From Octopus vulgaris (Eukaryota), in the NCBI GenBank assembly GCA_951406725.2, contig OX597814.1, positions 169,156,001-169,218,000 of the forward strand: a DNA stretch of 62,000 nt, in the 5' to 3' direction. The position numbers and the translations under genes are program-made. The notes under the pieces are model-generated. The model did not search any database and was not told the DNA's origin. It saw nothing but the letters and a program-made list of their open reading frames with translations. Shown here in pieces: positions 11,331 through 22,881 of the stretch. Numbering within the stretch: the first letter of the stretch is position 1; each line of letters opens with the position of its first letter.

Positions 11331-12950
11331 AGCATACTTCCATAGGTCTCGGTCTCTAGTCATTTCCTTGGTGAGACCTAAAGTTCGAAGGTCGTGCTTC
11401 ACCACCTCGTCCCAGGTTTTCCTGGGTCTACCTCTTCCACAGGTTCCCTCAACTGCTAGGGTGTAGCACTTTTGCACACAACTATCTACAGCCATTCTCG
11501 TCACATGACCATACCAGCGCAGCCGTCTCTCTTGCACACCACAATTGACGCTTCTTAGGTTCAACTTTTCTCTCAAGGTACTTACACTCTGACGATTATG
11601 AACACTGACATTACACATCCATCGGAGCATACTGGCTTCATTTCTTGCAAGCTTACGCATATCCTCAGCAGTCACGGCCCATGTTTCACTACCATGTAGC
11701 ATGGCTGTACGTACACATGCATCATACAGTCTGCCTTTTACTCTGAGCGAGAGGCCTTTTGTCACCAGCAGGGGTAAGAGCTCTCTAAACTTTGCCCAAG
11801 CTATTCTTACTCTAGCAGTTACACTTTCAGCACACCCACCCCCGCTCCTGACTTGGTCTCCTAGGTAGCGGAAGCTATCAACTACTTCTAGTTTGTCTCC
11901 CTGGAACGTGGTAGAAGTTGGTCTCTGCACATTTCCAGTGTTTATTGCTCCTGAGCATCTGCCACGGACAAAAACTATTTTCTTAGTTAGCCTTCCTTTG
12001 ACATTGCTGCACCTCTTATGTGTCCATAGCTTACACTTGGTGCACCTTATAGAGTTTCTACCTACACCTTTTTTACAGATCGAGCAGGGCCATCTACCTG
12101 AAGTCGTTTGTGATTGGTCCACCTTCCTACTTATTAGGACTTTGGTTTTGGCTAGGTTGATTCTAAGGCCCTTCGATTCTAATCCTTGTTTCCACACCTG
12201 AAACTTCTCCTCCAGTTCTGATAGTGACTCAGCAATTAGAGCAAGGTCATCAGCATAGAGGAGCTCCCAGGGGCATCCTGTCTTGAATTCCTCCGTTATT
12301 GCTTGGAGGACTATGATAAATAGGAGGGGACTGAGGACTGAACCTTGGTGGACCCCAACCTCTACCCGGAATTCTTCACTGTACTCGTTGCCAACCCTCA
12401 CCTTACTAGCAGCGTCTCTGTACATGGCTTGCACAGCTCTCACTAACCATTCATCTATCCCTAGTTTCCTCATTGACCACCAGATAAGGGATCGGGGGAC
12501 CCTGTCAAAGGCTTTCTCCAAGTCAACAAAAGCCAGGTACAAGGGCTTGTCTTTGGCTAGGTATTTCTCCTGCAGCTGTCTTACCAGGAATATAGCATCA
12601 CTAGTACTTTTCCCTGGCACGAACCCAAACTGCATATCATCTAAGCTGACACTCTCTCTAATTAGTTGGGCTATAACCCTCTCCGTAACCTTCATTACCT
12701 GATCCAGCAGCTTGATGCCTCTGTAGTTATTTGTATCTAGGGCGTCGCCTTTACCTTTGTAGCAGTTGACTATTATGCTGCTACACCAGTCATTGGGTAT
12801 GACTCCCTCGTGTATCACCTGGTTAACTATACGGGTGACTAAGCTATAGCCGACACCACCAGATATTTTGAGCATCTCTGCAGTAATTCCTGATGGGCCT
12901 GGAGCTTTCCCTGTTTTCATGCTTCTAATTGCCTTATCTACTAAGGAACT
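11304..12950 (-). CDS. Reverse transcriptase of RTE-clade LINE (no endonuclease, 5'-truncated), with Cys/His finger insert
   Basis: Motifs KAPGPSG, NYRGIKLL, QFGFVPG, FVDLEKAFDRV, GVHQGSVLSPLLF, LLYADDL, RLRWYGHV, RGRPRKTW; ORF-track upstream of 12950 is flanking microsatellite. Confidence 0.93.
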   Translation of the reverse strand, partial: SSLVDKAIRSMKTGKAPGPSGITAEMLKISGGVGYSLVTRIVNQVIHEGVIPNDWCSSIIVNCYKGKGDALDTNNYRGIKLLDQVMKVTERVIAQLIRESVSLDDMQFGFVPGKSTSDAIFLVRQLQEKYLAKDKPLYLAFVDLEKAFDRVPRSLIWWSMRKLGIDEWLVRAVQAMYRDAASKVRVGNEYSEEFRVEVGVHQGSVLSPLLFIIVLQAITEEFKTGCPWELLYADDLALIAESLSELEEKFQVWKQGLESKGLRINLAKTKVLISRKVDQSQTTSGRWPCSICKKGVGRNSIRCTKCKLWTHKRCSNVKGRLTKKIVFVRGRCSGAINTGNVQRPTSTTFQGDKLEVVDSFRYLGDQVRSGGGCAESVTARVRIAWAKFRELLPLLVTKGLSLRVKGRLYDACVRTAMLHGSETWAVTAEDMRKLARNEASMLRWMCNVSVHNRQSVSTLREKLNLRSVNCGVQERRLRWYGHVTRMAVDSCVQKCYTLAVEGTCGRGRPRKTWDEVVKHDLRTLGLTKEMTRDRDLWKYAVHEKTRQE

Positions 12951-13199
12951 GTTACACACACATACATATGTATGTAAGGATGCTGATGAGTTAATTATGA
13001 TTTTATTGAACATATTCACCATGTCAGATTCATACACTTATTGCAGCAGTCCTTCAGCTTTTCATAGCCCTGTAAAAGAACTCGGAAGTTTTGACCTTCA
13101 GCCCGACCTTTTGTGATATCCTTAAAACCCGGAGCTTTTTAGTACCTTCTCTTATATACATATATATTTTCATTATTTTTTGGTGGGGCTGATTCTCCA

Positions 13200-13354
13200 C
13201 TGATTCCTACACCTGATTTTCTCCCCTCCATACACACGCAAGCATATATCTGACTCATACACTGTTCACTTTCCAGGCATTTGTACATTACTGCATAAGC
13301 TTTATATGCACTTTTGACAAGTTGTGGTGCACCTGAGCACTGTATACAATAATT

Positions 13355-13419
<65 letters not shown>

Positions 13420-13420
13420 G
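13200..13420 (+). mobile_element. CR1-like LINE 3' UTR with (TTA)n tail
   Basis: GTGCACCTGAGCACTGTATACAA terminus shared in reverse with 14510-14535. Confidence 0.5.
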
Positions 13421-14087
13421 TTCTTTAGACAAGGAAAACAAAGTAACGCATGACAGTAGATAGATGGAGATGCATGGCTGACTGAACTCCCACACAGGTT
13501 GGTATTGCCAAATGTTCATAGAAAACATGAAGTGAAAGAAGGTGGCTTCTTAATAGCTATTAATCACTTATTCATGCATGCTCTCCCAAACACAAAACTC
13601 ACAAAGCCACATGTAAATCCATACACACAAATGCACATACATAGGGCTCATACATGTCATAGGTTTTCTTAGAAAGTAGAAAAAAAGGGTGCAGCACAGG
13701 AAGTAAGATATAAGTCGGAAGGACTAGCAGCTCACAGTTCATCCATCTCACATACATGCATACATGCATGCATTTATGCAACGCAATTTAGTATGCTGTT
13801 AGCCAGCAGTTAATAGATGCACAGGAGAGAGGAATGAGAAAGCATGTGTGGACATACAATATCGTGCTAAAATTACAGAACCAAAGTCAATAAATGCATA
13901 TATTTCTTTTTCCTTTTTTTTCTCCTCTATCTCTTTCTCTCTCATTTTTTTGCTTGTTTGTTTTTTGCAATCTTCGTTTTCTCCATCACCAACCTAAAAT
14001 CCATATGTGTGTATGTATATGAAAGAAATTGTTGTATAACTGTTGAAACAATTATACAAAATATATATGAAAGAAATTGTTGTAAAA

Positions 14088-14502
14088 AGGCGGCGAGCTG
14101 GCAGAAACGTTAGCACGCCAGGCGAAATGCTTACCAGTATTTCATCTGCCGTTACGTTCTGAGTTCAAATTCCGCCGAGGTCGACTTTGCCTTTCGTCCT
14201 TTTAGGGTCAATAAATTAAGTACCAGTTATGCACTGGAGTCGATGTAATCGACTTAATCTGTTTGACTGTCCTTGTTTGTCCTCTCTGTGTTTAGCCCCT
14301 TGTGGGTAGTAAAGAAATAGGTATTTCGTCTGCCATTACGTTCTGAGTTCAAATTCCATCGAGGTCGACTTTGCCTTTCATCCTTTCAGGGTCGATAAAT
14401 TAAGCACCAGTTATGCACTGAGGTCGATGTAATTGACTTAATCCCTTTGTCTGTCCTTGTTTGTCCCTTCTATGTTTAGCCCCCTGTGGGCAATAAAGAA
14501 AT
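14088..14502 (+). mobile_element. SINE family B with internal tandem duplication and 14-bp TSD
   Basis: AAGAAATTGTTGTA at 14071-14084 and 14503-14516. Confidence 0.9.
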
Positions 14503-14900
14503 AAGAAATTGTTGTATACAGTGCTCAGGTGCACTACAATTAACGAGAAAAGAAAAAAATGCCATCAGTTGTACTGTGGGCAGATTTCAGGAAGTATGGA
14601 AAATTTGAAGGACATAGTGGCTTGACAGCTAACAACTGATGCAGGTAGCATATTCCATGTTTCAAGAATTGTGAGCGTGAAAAAGTATTTCTGAAAGTCA
14701 TGGGTGCTGTGTTGTTTTTTGATTCTTGGAACAGAAGAGGAATAAATATTTAGGAGCCAATCTCTTTCATTGTCTTGCATAGTTCTCTGCTGACACTGAT
14801 TGGCTGAAACTGACCAGTGTTGGTGTGTATGAAGTTCAGCCAATCTTGTGTCCCTATCTATTTGCCTTAACTGTAAGAAGTTTTTGTTTTTCTGTAAAAT
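14503..14900 (-). pseudogene. Decayed CR1/L2-type RT C-terminus and 3' UTR
   Basis: FFTLTILETWNMLPASVVSCQATMSFK matches the FF..R...WN.LP..VV......FK signature. Confidence 0.7.
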
Positions 14901-15020
14901 ATTTAGTTTTTCCCTTCCTAGGGAACCATCTCCGGAGTAACAAGTCACTGGATCAGCCAAAATAGGCTACTGTATTCTTTTGTAATGTCGAGTATTTTTC
15001 TCCACTGGCTTTAAACCAAT

Positions 15021-15081
<61 letters not shown>

Positions 15082-15259
15082 TACATATGGAGCCTTGAAT
15101 CTAGGTTAGAAACTGGCTCTTTCTCTATTGGCAAGAAATCTTGAAATAAAAATGAACAATGACATACATACATACATACATACATACATACATACATACA
15201 TACATACATACATACATAAATACATACATACATTCATATGTGTGTGTGTGTGTGTGTGT

Positions 15260-15610
15260 GTAGGCACAACTATGGTTAATGGTTAAGAAGCTTGTTTTGC
15301 AATGACATGGTTCATGGTTCAGTTCCTTTGCATGGCACTTTGAACACGTGTTTTCCACAAATTCCTTGGGCCAACCAATGTCTTGTGAGTGAATTTGGTT
15401 GATACGTGTTTGTGTTTGTGCCCCATCACTACTTGACATCTAGTGCTGATTTGTTTACATTCCTTTAACTCAGTGGTTCAGCAAAAGAGACCAGTAGATT
15501 ATGCTCCAGACTAAAAATAAAATAACTTGCATCAATTTGTTCACTTAAACCCTTCAAAGCAGTGTTCCACTATGGCCACAATCCAATGACTGAAATAAGT
15601 AAAAGATATA
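15260..15610 (+). mobile_element. SINE family A, diverged
   Basis: Head ATGGTTAATGG / GGTTCAGTTCC; tail GACTGAAATAAGTAAAAG. Confidence 0.65.
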
Positions 15611-15800
15611 TATAATAATTAATAGCAACAGAAGTAGAATTAAACCCAAAAGGCAATCTTTATATCCAACTTAATGTAGATGTCTTGTTATAACACTGAA
15701 TGCTACATTATTTACTTTGAGAGAACCTCTCATATGGTGCCTATAAAGCACTGATATTTACATCGGTGACAGATGAGAATCATATGCTATGCATGCTGGA

Positions 15801-15848
15801 ACTGCCAGACCATGTGATTTCCACCTGCTTGGCCTCTTCAGTGGCAGT
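15801..15848 (-). ncRNA. Type I hammerhead ribozyme, core intact
   Basis: ACTGCCA/TGGCAGT 7-bp stem I, CTGAAGA, GCC/GGT stem II, GAAA, stem III, GTC| cleavage triplet. Confidence 0.8.
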
Positions 15849-15946
15849 GATCCAGTAGCAGCATAACAGTTGAAACTGATTGTCAATGATACATAGAATT
15901 TCAGTGTGTTTTCAGGCACTAATTTGACAAATAGCCATACAGGGAC

Positions 15947-15996
15947 AACTGCTACTGAAGAGATCAAGCAGGTCAAAATCATGTGATCTGACAGTT
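15947..15996 (+). ncRNA. Type I hammerhead ribozyme, G12A decayed, inverted partner of 15801-15848
   Basis: CTGAAGA 15955-15961, GATC/GGTC stem II, AAAA instead of GAAA, ATC-ATGT-GAT stem III, C| at 15988, stem I 7 of 8 paired. Confidence 0.75.
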
Positions 15997-16107
15997 CTGG
16001 CACCCATAGCAGATAATTTTTTTAATCTGCCAGTGATATAAATATGAGTGCTTTTATGCATCATTCCTTCATAAGAGAGGTCCTCTCAAAATAAATAATG
16101 CAATATT

Positions 16108-16440
16108 CAGTTTTTGCATTTGGTTTGCAAGATTCTTTATGTGAGCTTGTGTGTTGAAGCATATTTTGTTGTATCTGGGGAGAGTCATTCTCTTTTGGCG
16201 CCTTATAGTTTAACACACTCTCCGGTAAAATTTCCACTTATTTCTTTTTTCTTTTTTTTTCTTTTTCTAAAATTTTATCATTGTGTCTTGCAACCTTTTC
16301 AATAGTTTTGAAAAGGTTACAAGGCACAATGAAAATTTTAGAATAATAAAAAAATAAAATAAAAAAGAAATAAGTGGAAATTTTACCAGTGAGTGTGTTA
16401 AATTATAAGCCACCAAAAGAGAATGACTCTCCCCAGATAC
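16108..16440. mobile_element. Fold-back repeat, ~132-bp arms, 5-nt loop
   Basis: 16171-16302 reverse-complements 16308-16440; family also at 18395-18800 and 54125-54195. Confidence 0.8.
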
Positions 16441-16503
16441 AGAGGTATTTAGTGTTCTAACACAACCTCCATGTTAAGTTGTATATAAAGTTTGCATTTT
16501 GAC

Positions 16504-16536
<33 letters not shown>

Positions 16537-16939
16537 TCACATGATCACATGACTGACCAGACTATCAAATGTTGTTACTCATCACTGGTCACGATGTGTT
16601 TTACATCGCCTGGCTAAGTGAGAAGCTAACATTCTCCTGCTGATTGAAAAGGGGACTGAATGAATGTGAAACAAATTGTTTTGCCTAAGAGCACAATATA
16701 CCACCTGGTCTGGGAATCGATCCCATGAATCTAGTGATCATCAGTGCAAAGGCCTAACCACTAGTTCACATATATGTGTGTGCGTGTACACACACTTCCT
16801 GAATATACTTACTTATATAGCCAGGTATACATCATCATCTTCAGCATTTTTACCTCCACTTTTCCATAGTATGAGTTGGAGGGGCTCTTTTATGGCACAG
16901 TTTTATAACCAGATTCCTTTACCCACACCAGCCTTTCTA

Positions 16940-17506
16940 TTGGGTTGTCCAGAAAGTTCATGCCGATTTATTGTAGCTTACCTCTCGACTTCAATTTAGA
17001 ACATGGTTGAGTCCATAAAATAGAATTTGGCTACACCTCCATTTAGAGAACAGTTTAAGCTATGTTTTCATGGAAGAAGGTTTATGTTCCTATGACCTGT
17101 GTTAATTCTGTAACCCTTTAAAATGGAAGATAAGAAAGTTCATTTCCGGCACTTGATGCTTTGGGAACCAGACAAAAATTGATGCAGCTCGGCTAGGATG
17201 TGTTACCCCACCCTCCATATTCACCAGATATTGCTCCTTTGGATTTCTACTTATTCAGGTCTCTGCAGAATAGTCTTAATGGTAAAAATTTCAATTCCTT
17301 GGATGACGTAAAAAAATACCTTGATGAATTCTTTGCCATGAAACCACCTCAATTCTGTGAAGAGGGTATTTTCAAGTTAAAGGAAAGATGGAGACACATT
17401 GTGCAACAAAATGGTTCATATTTGGTTGATTAAAAATGTAATGGTAAGTATTTATTTACCTTTTTCTTTCCTTTAAAAATTGGCATGAACTTTTCGGACA
17501 ACCCAA
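16940..17506 (+). mobile_element. Non-autonomous mariner (internal deletion derivative)
   Basis: TIRs and TA TSD; MEDKKVHFRHLMLWE fused out of frame to LPHPPYSPDIAPLDF...ERWRHIVQQNGSY. Confidence 0.93.
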
Positions 17507-17927
17507 TAGTTTGCTCTTAAGACTTGTTATATAAGTAAATCAATATGAATGTTTACATTCATTTAATCATTTTATGCAAGGATATATTTATACCTGTAGG
17601 TATGTATGAAGATGTTGACATTTGTTAACTAATATTTTTTTTAGCAACTTAGTGTAAAAAGCTTGCTTTATATTTTAATTGATTAATATGTAAGAGAAAT
17701 AATGAGGATAAAGAGAAATGGAGGTGAGAAGGAAAGATCAGGGATAGGATGATAAATAAGGATGAGAAAGAGAGATAAAGAATAGTCAGAGAAATAAGAG
17801 GGAGAAAGAGAAACGTGGGAGGAGGGGAAAGAAAAAAGTTGAAACAAGTTGAAAATGATAAGGGGCAAGAGAAACAAGAGAGGAGCAGGGGGAGTAAGAG
17901 ACACAAATGAAATAGAAATAGCTCACA

Positions 17928-17959
<32 letters not shown>

Positions 17960-18394
17960 TACACACGCACACATGCATGCACATGCACATACACTCTCAT
18001 TCACTCACTTGTACAATTTGACAATTCCTGAGGGTCTCTTCATAGACTGAAAAACATTCCATTAAAACTGTTAGCACTTGCAAAACAGTCATGCTTATCC
18101 TTCATCAATTTACCTTTTCTCTCATTCTCTTTTCTCTCTTTTTTTCCTCCTTACTCTCTCTCTCTCTCTCACTAGTTCTCTCATCATTCACTCACTCCAC
18201 ATTCACACATAATATACACACATAACAATGGATTGTTTAAACAAATGTTATTCTATTCATTATTATACTATGTTTTATTGACCTTTTAGCTGTGATACTA
18301 TTGAATAATTGTTGCTATTATTCCGAATTATTGATCTTATGAAGTTATTTTTCATTTTTCTTTTTATATAATCTTTGCTGCTCTAATAAGCATT

Positions 18395-18800
18395 TCTTTC
18401 CTCTCTACCTATATATCTATCAAGTCTTATTCTGTTGTGTCTGGGGAGAGTCATTTTCTTTTTGTACCTTATTTAACACTTCACCGGTAGAATTTCTACT
18501 TGTTTCTTATTTTTATTTTCAGAGACTATTGAAAAGGTTGCAAGACACAATGATAAAATTTTAGGAAAATAAAAATAAGAAATAAGTGGAAATTTTACCG
18601 GTGAGAGTGTTAAATTATAAGGCCCAAAAAGAAAATGGCTCTCCCCAGAGACAACAGAATATGCTTCAACACACGAACTCACATAAAGAATCTTGCAAAC
18701 CAAATCCAAAAACGAAATATGTCTTTCCTCTCTACTCTTATTCTGTTGTGTCTGGGGAGAGTCATTTTCTTTTTGTGCCTTATAATTTAATACACTTTGC
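18395..18800. mobile_element. Rearranged copy of the 16.1-kb fold-back family (forward, inverted, forward segments)
   Basis: TCTGGGGAGAGTCATT at ~18440 and ~18750, inverted at ~18640. Confidence 0.7.
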
Positions 18801-18965
18801 AAAGCATTTTTGCTGGACATACTAACAATTCTGCCAACTTACTGCCTTAATAATAATTATAATCCTTTCTACCAAAGGTACAAGGCCTGAAATTTGGGGA
18901 AGGGGACTAGTCGATTACGTCAACCCTAGTGTTTCACTGATACTTAATTTATCGACCCCAAAAGG

Positions 18966-19400
18966 ATGCTGGGTTACAAATATACGAACCCCAATAAACC
19001 CATCATGACTACTTATGTGATAAGGGTACACCAGATACATGCATCACAACCATTTTGTATGCAACATAGTGATTTCATACTAAGATAAGAAGCTCGTAAC
19101 TTTACTGGGGGGGGGGGGGCAAGTTAGAATTTTCTTCAGGCTGCGTAGCCCATCCTACTGAAAAGGTCCCTGGACAAGGGTTGCTTAAGGTTGATGAACA
19201 TTTAATCTATGTTTCCAGAGGTGAATTATTCAAGCTCCAAAGAATTCTTCAACACATGATTATGATCCTCCCCCACTATTCCTGCTCATGATCAGAGATG
19301 AACACATAGTGTCAACCACTGAGGGTCATTCTCAACTGGTTAAGGTCAAGTCACTGACAAGCAAATCTGCAGAATATTTGCCATAACCAATCTTTTACAC
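18966..19400 (-). mobile_element. Repeat family D
   Basis: Match to 29417-29778. Confidence 0.75.
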
Positions 19401-19402
19401 CA

Positions 19403-19439
<37 letters not shown>

Positions 19440-19655
19440 TGTTTCTTTATTACCCACAAGGGGCTAAGCACAGAGGGGACAAACAAGGACAGACAAACGA
19501 ATTAAGTCGATTACATCAACCCCAATGCGTAACTGGTACTTAATTTATCGACCCTGAAAGGATGAAAGGCAAAGTCGACCTCGGCGGAGTTTGAACTCAG
19601 AACGTAACGACAGACGAAATACGGCTACGCATTTCGCTGCCAGCTCGTCGCAATT
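19440..19655 (-). mobile_element. SINE family B, internally deleted
   Basis: Reverse match to 14088. Confidence 0.8.
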
Positions 19656-20189
19656 ATAATAATGACACCAAATATCTAAGAGTACATTATTCAGTATGTC
19701 TGGAAAGAAAAATGTACCAAACACTCATGGCTGGTATAACTTTGATCTTAGATCTTTTCACTTTTGGTGGTCTTCTGGCTGGCTGAACAACAACAATTAC
19801 AATTTACAAACAATGAGAGAGCATTTACATAGACGTGTGGAATCTATTTAGTATCAGGAGCAAGTTGTAAGTTCATTTGTATGTGTGTGTGTGTCTGTAT
19901 GTGGGGGGAGGTGTTGCTTGTGTGCTGAGAAGAATAATGAATCTTTAATTTTACAAATTCATTGGTAAGTCTCTTAGTTAAATTATTGTGTTAGTCATGC
20001 ACTGTGGTCAGTTAAATCAAATAAACCTCTTTCTCCCAAATTGTAAGGCCTTCTGCTTATGTTTATAAATTAGAATTAGTAGTAGCTTGCTAGTCAGCAA
20101 GCTGGTAGGATTGCTAGCATGTTGCACAAAATGCTTAGCAGTATTTCTTTAGGTTTGTTATATTTTGATTGAGTTCAAATTCTATCACA

Positions 20190-20262
20190 GGAATGGCTGT
20201 GTGGTAAGTAGCTTGCTTACCAACCACATGGTTCCGGGTTCAGTCCCACTGCGTGGCATCTT
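20190..20262 (+). mobile_element. 5' head of a family A SINE broken by an inversion
   Basis: Ends at GCGTGGCATCTT; continuation found reversed at 22881. Confidence 0.8.
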
Positions 20263-20647
20263 ATATGTGCTATATGACTCCTGTCATCTACCACCTTGCT
20301 AAATAATAGGGATTTCTAAGACTGATACAGAGCTGCATATTTTATGTGAGGGCTTTGTCAAATTGAACCCAGTTTATTGTTAGAATTGGGTTCAATTTTA
20401 TAGTTTATAGTTTATAGTTATAAACCCAGTTATAGCTGATTAATAGTTATTTTATCAACTCCCCAAAAACATAAAATGTGAAGTCAACATTTGACATGGC
20501 TTGAACTGAGAATTTAAAAGAAAATTACAAAATATCATAAGGAATTTAGTCTGAAATTCTACCAATTTTGTCATTTACCATGTTGCATATAATGGTTTCA
20601 AATTTTGAAACATGGCCAGCAGTTTTAGGAGAAGGGATAAATCAATT

Positions 20648-21185
20648 ATCATCATCATCATCATCGTTTAACGTCCGCTTTCCATGCTAGCATGGATTGG
20701 ACGATTTGACTAGGGACTGGCGAACCAAATGGCTGCACCAGACTCCAATCTGATCTGGCAGAGTTTCTACAGCTGGATGCCCTTCCTAACGCCAAACAGT
20801 CCGAGAGTGTAGTGGGTGCTTTTACGTGCCACCAGCACGAGGGCCAGTCAGGTGGTACTGGCAACGGCCATGCTCAAATGGTGCTTTTTATGTGCCACCT
20901 GCACAGGAGCCAGTCCAGCAGCTCTGGCAATGACCTTGCTCCAATGTTTTTTCACGTGCCACCAGCACAAGTGCCAGTAAGGTGGCGCAGGTAATGATCA
21001 CGCTCGAATGGTGTTCTTAACGTGCCACCGGCACAGAGGCCAGCTTGTTACTCTGGCAACGATCTCACTCATATCGTACTCTTAGCGCTCCACTAGCACG
21101 GATGCCAGTCATCGAATTTGATTTCGATTTCAATTTCACTTGTCTCAACAAGTCTTCGCAAGCAGAGTTTAGTGTCCAATGAAGG
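20648..21185 (-). mobile_element. RTE-type 3' end
   Basis: Same terminus and modules as 280-965. Confidence 0.8.
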
Positions 21186-21654
21186 AAAGAAAATTTATCC
21201 TAATGCTCAGCTGGTACTATAAGGTAAGCAATAATAATGAGACTCATTTTAAATGCTAGTGTCTTAGATTATAAAAATGACATAGAGTACCAAATACATT
21301 TATTACAAACTGATATACAGGATTTAAACATATAATCTAAGATTTTACTACTCTTTATGGGTAGTTGGTGTTGGTGACTCTTATAATGTCATGAACTCCA
21401 AAACAAATTACATACATATTTGAAGCATACATCATCAGCCAAAGATCCATCATTGCAGCCCAAAGAAAATTCCGACAGTCTTTTGGAAAGCAATGGGCAC
21501 CATTTCTGTGAGAAAGGCAATTGCAGCCATTCCAGTTGATATACTAAGCCACAATGTGCTTGATATGAGAAAGCGAACTCAAGAATGTTCTATTCATGGT
21601 AATGACCATCTCCAAGATGTATATTCAAATCTTAGATATGTTGAACTGTATATC

Positions 21655-22295
21655 ATCATCATCATCATCATCATCATTGCTTAACGTCCGCTTTCCATGC
21701 TAGCATGGGTTGGATGATTTGACAGAGGTCTGGTGAACCAGATGGCTGCACCAGGCTCCAATCTGATCTGGCAGAGTTTCTACAGCTGGATGCCCTTCCA
21801 CTCCAAGAGTGTAGTGGGTGCTTTTATGTGCCACCGGCATGAGGACTAGTCAGCGGTACTGGCAATGGCCATGCTCAAATGGTGCTTTTTATGTGCCATC
21901 TGCACAGGATCCACATACTCACACACATATATATATAGCACCAACTGTTCGTGGTCGTTGCCAGCCTACCCTGGCACCTAAAAAGCACCATCCGTATGTG
22001 GCCAATGCCAGCGTCGCCTTGACTGGCTTCCGTGTCGGTGGCACGTAAAAACCACCAACTGATTGTGGCCGTTGCCTGCCTTCCCTGACACCTGTGCCAG
22101 TGGCATGTAAAAAAGCACCCACTACACTCACGGAGTGGTTGGTGTTAGGAAGGGCATCCAGCTGTAGAAACACTGCCAGATCAGACTGGAGCCTGGTGCA
22201 GCCTCCTGGTGTAGCCTCCTGGCTTCCCAGACCCCGGTCAAACCGTCCAACCCATGCTAGCATGGAAAGCGGACATTAAATGATGAGTATGATGA
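21655..22295. mobile_element. Two RTE-type 3' ends in opposite orientation (21655-21905 minus, 21940-22295 plus)
   Basis: Both carry the CCATGCTAGCATGG terminus and (GAT)n tail. Confidence 0.8.
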
Positions 22296-22321
22296 TATAT
22301 ATATATAAATATATATATAGC

Positions 22322-22397
22322 ACCAGGTGGTGCTATTAAGTTAGATATGGCCTGGGCCAATAATGGCCGAAACCTATCAAAGTATCAAAGTATCAAA

Positions 22398-22400
<3 letters not shown>
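22322..22400 (+). mobile_element. Terminal fragment of CR1/L2-type LINE with (TATCAAAG)n tail
   Basis: Matches 59868-59945. Confidence 0.6.
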
Positions 22401-22442
<42 letters not shown>

Positions 22443-22557
22443 TTATGCAATAAATATATTTGGTACTCTATATCATTTTTATAATCCAAGATACTAGCAT
22501 TTAAATCATGTACCATCATTATTTTATCACCATCATGTGCAAGAAAGCCAAAATTGA

Positions 22558-22881
22558 CTCTTTTTACTCTTTTACTTGTTTCAGTCATTTGACTGTGGCC
22601 ATGCTGGAGCACCGCCTTTAGTCGAGCAAATCGACCCCGGGACTTATTCTTTGTAAGCCCAGTACTTATTCTATCGGTCTCTTTTGCTGAACCGCTAAGT
22701 GACGAGGACGTAAACACACCAGCATCGGTTGTCAAGCAATGCTAGGGGGACAAACACAGACACACAAACACACACACACACATATATATATATATACATA
22801 TATACAACGGGCTTCTTTCAGTTTCCGTCTACCAAATCCACTCACAAGGCTTTGGTCGGCCCGGGGCTATAGCAGAAGACA
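22558..22881 (-). mobile_element. 3' part of the family A SINE whose head is at 20190
   Basis: Begins (minus) GTGTCTTCTGCTATAGCC, 6 nt after the point where the head stops in intact copies. Confidence 0.85.

Larger units (their letters stand above)
9052..12950 (-). mobile_element. RTE-clade non-LTR retrotransposon, 5'-truncated, with amplified 3' UTR and (GAT)n tail
   Basis: Uninterrupted RT ORF followed by 3' UTR ending GGACGTTAAATGATGATG. Confidence 0.95.

Noticed and set aside
12951-13037. N-terminal 29 aa of the 577-aa ORF
   Set aside because: Derived from flanking (CA/TA) microsatellite; the element is truncated at about 12950
15758-16003. Decayed mariner suggested by WVPELS
   Set aside because: Better explained by two inverted hammerheads; no TIRs or catalytic motifs
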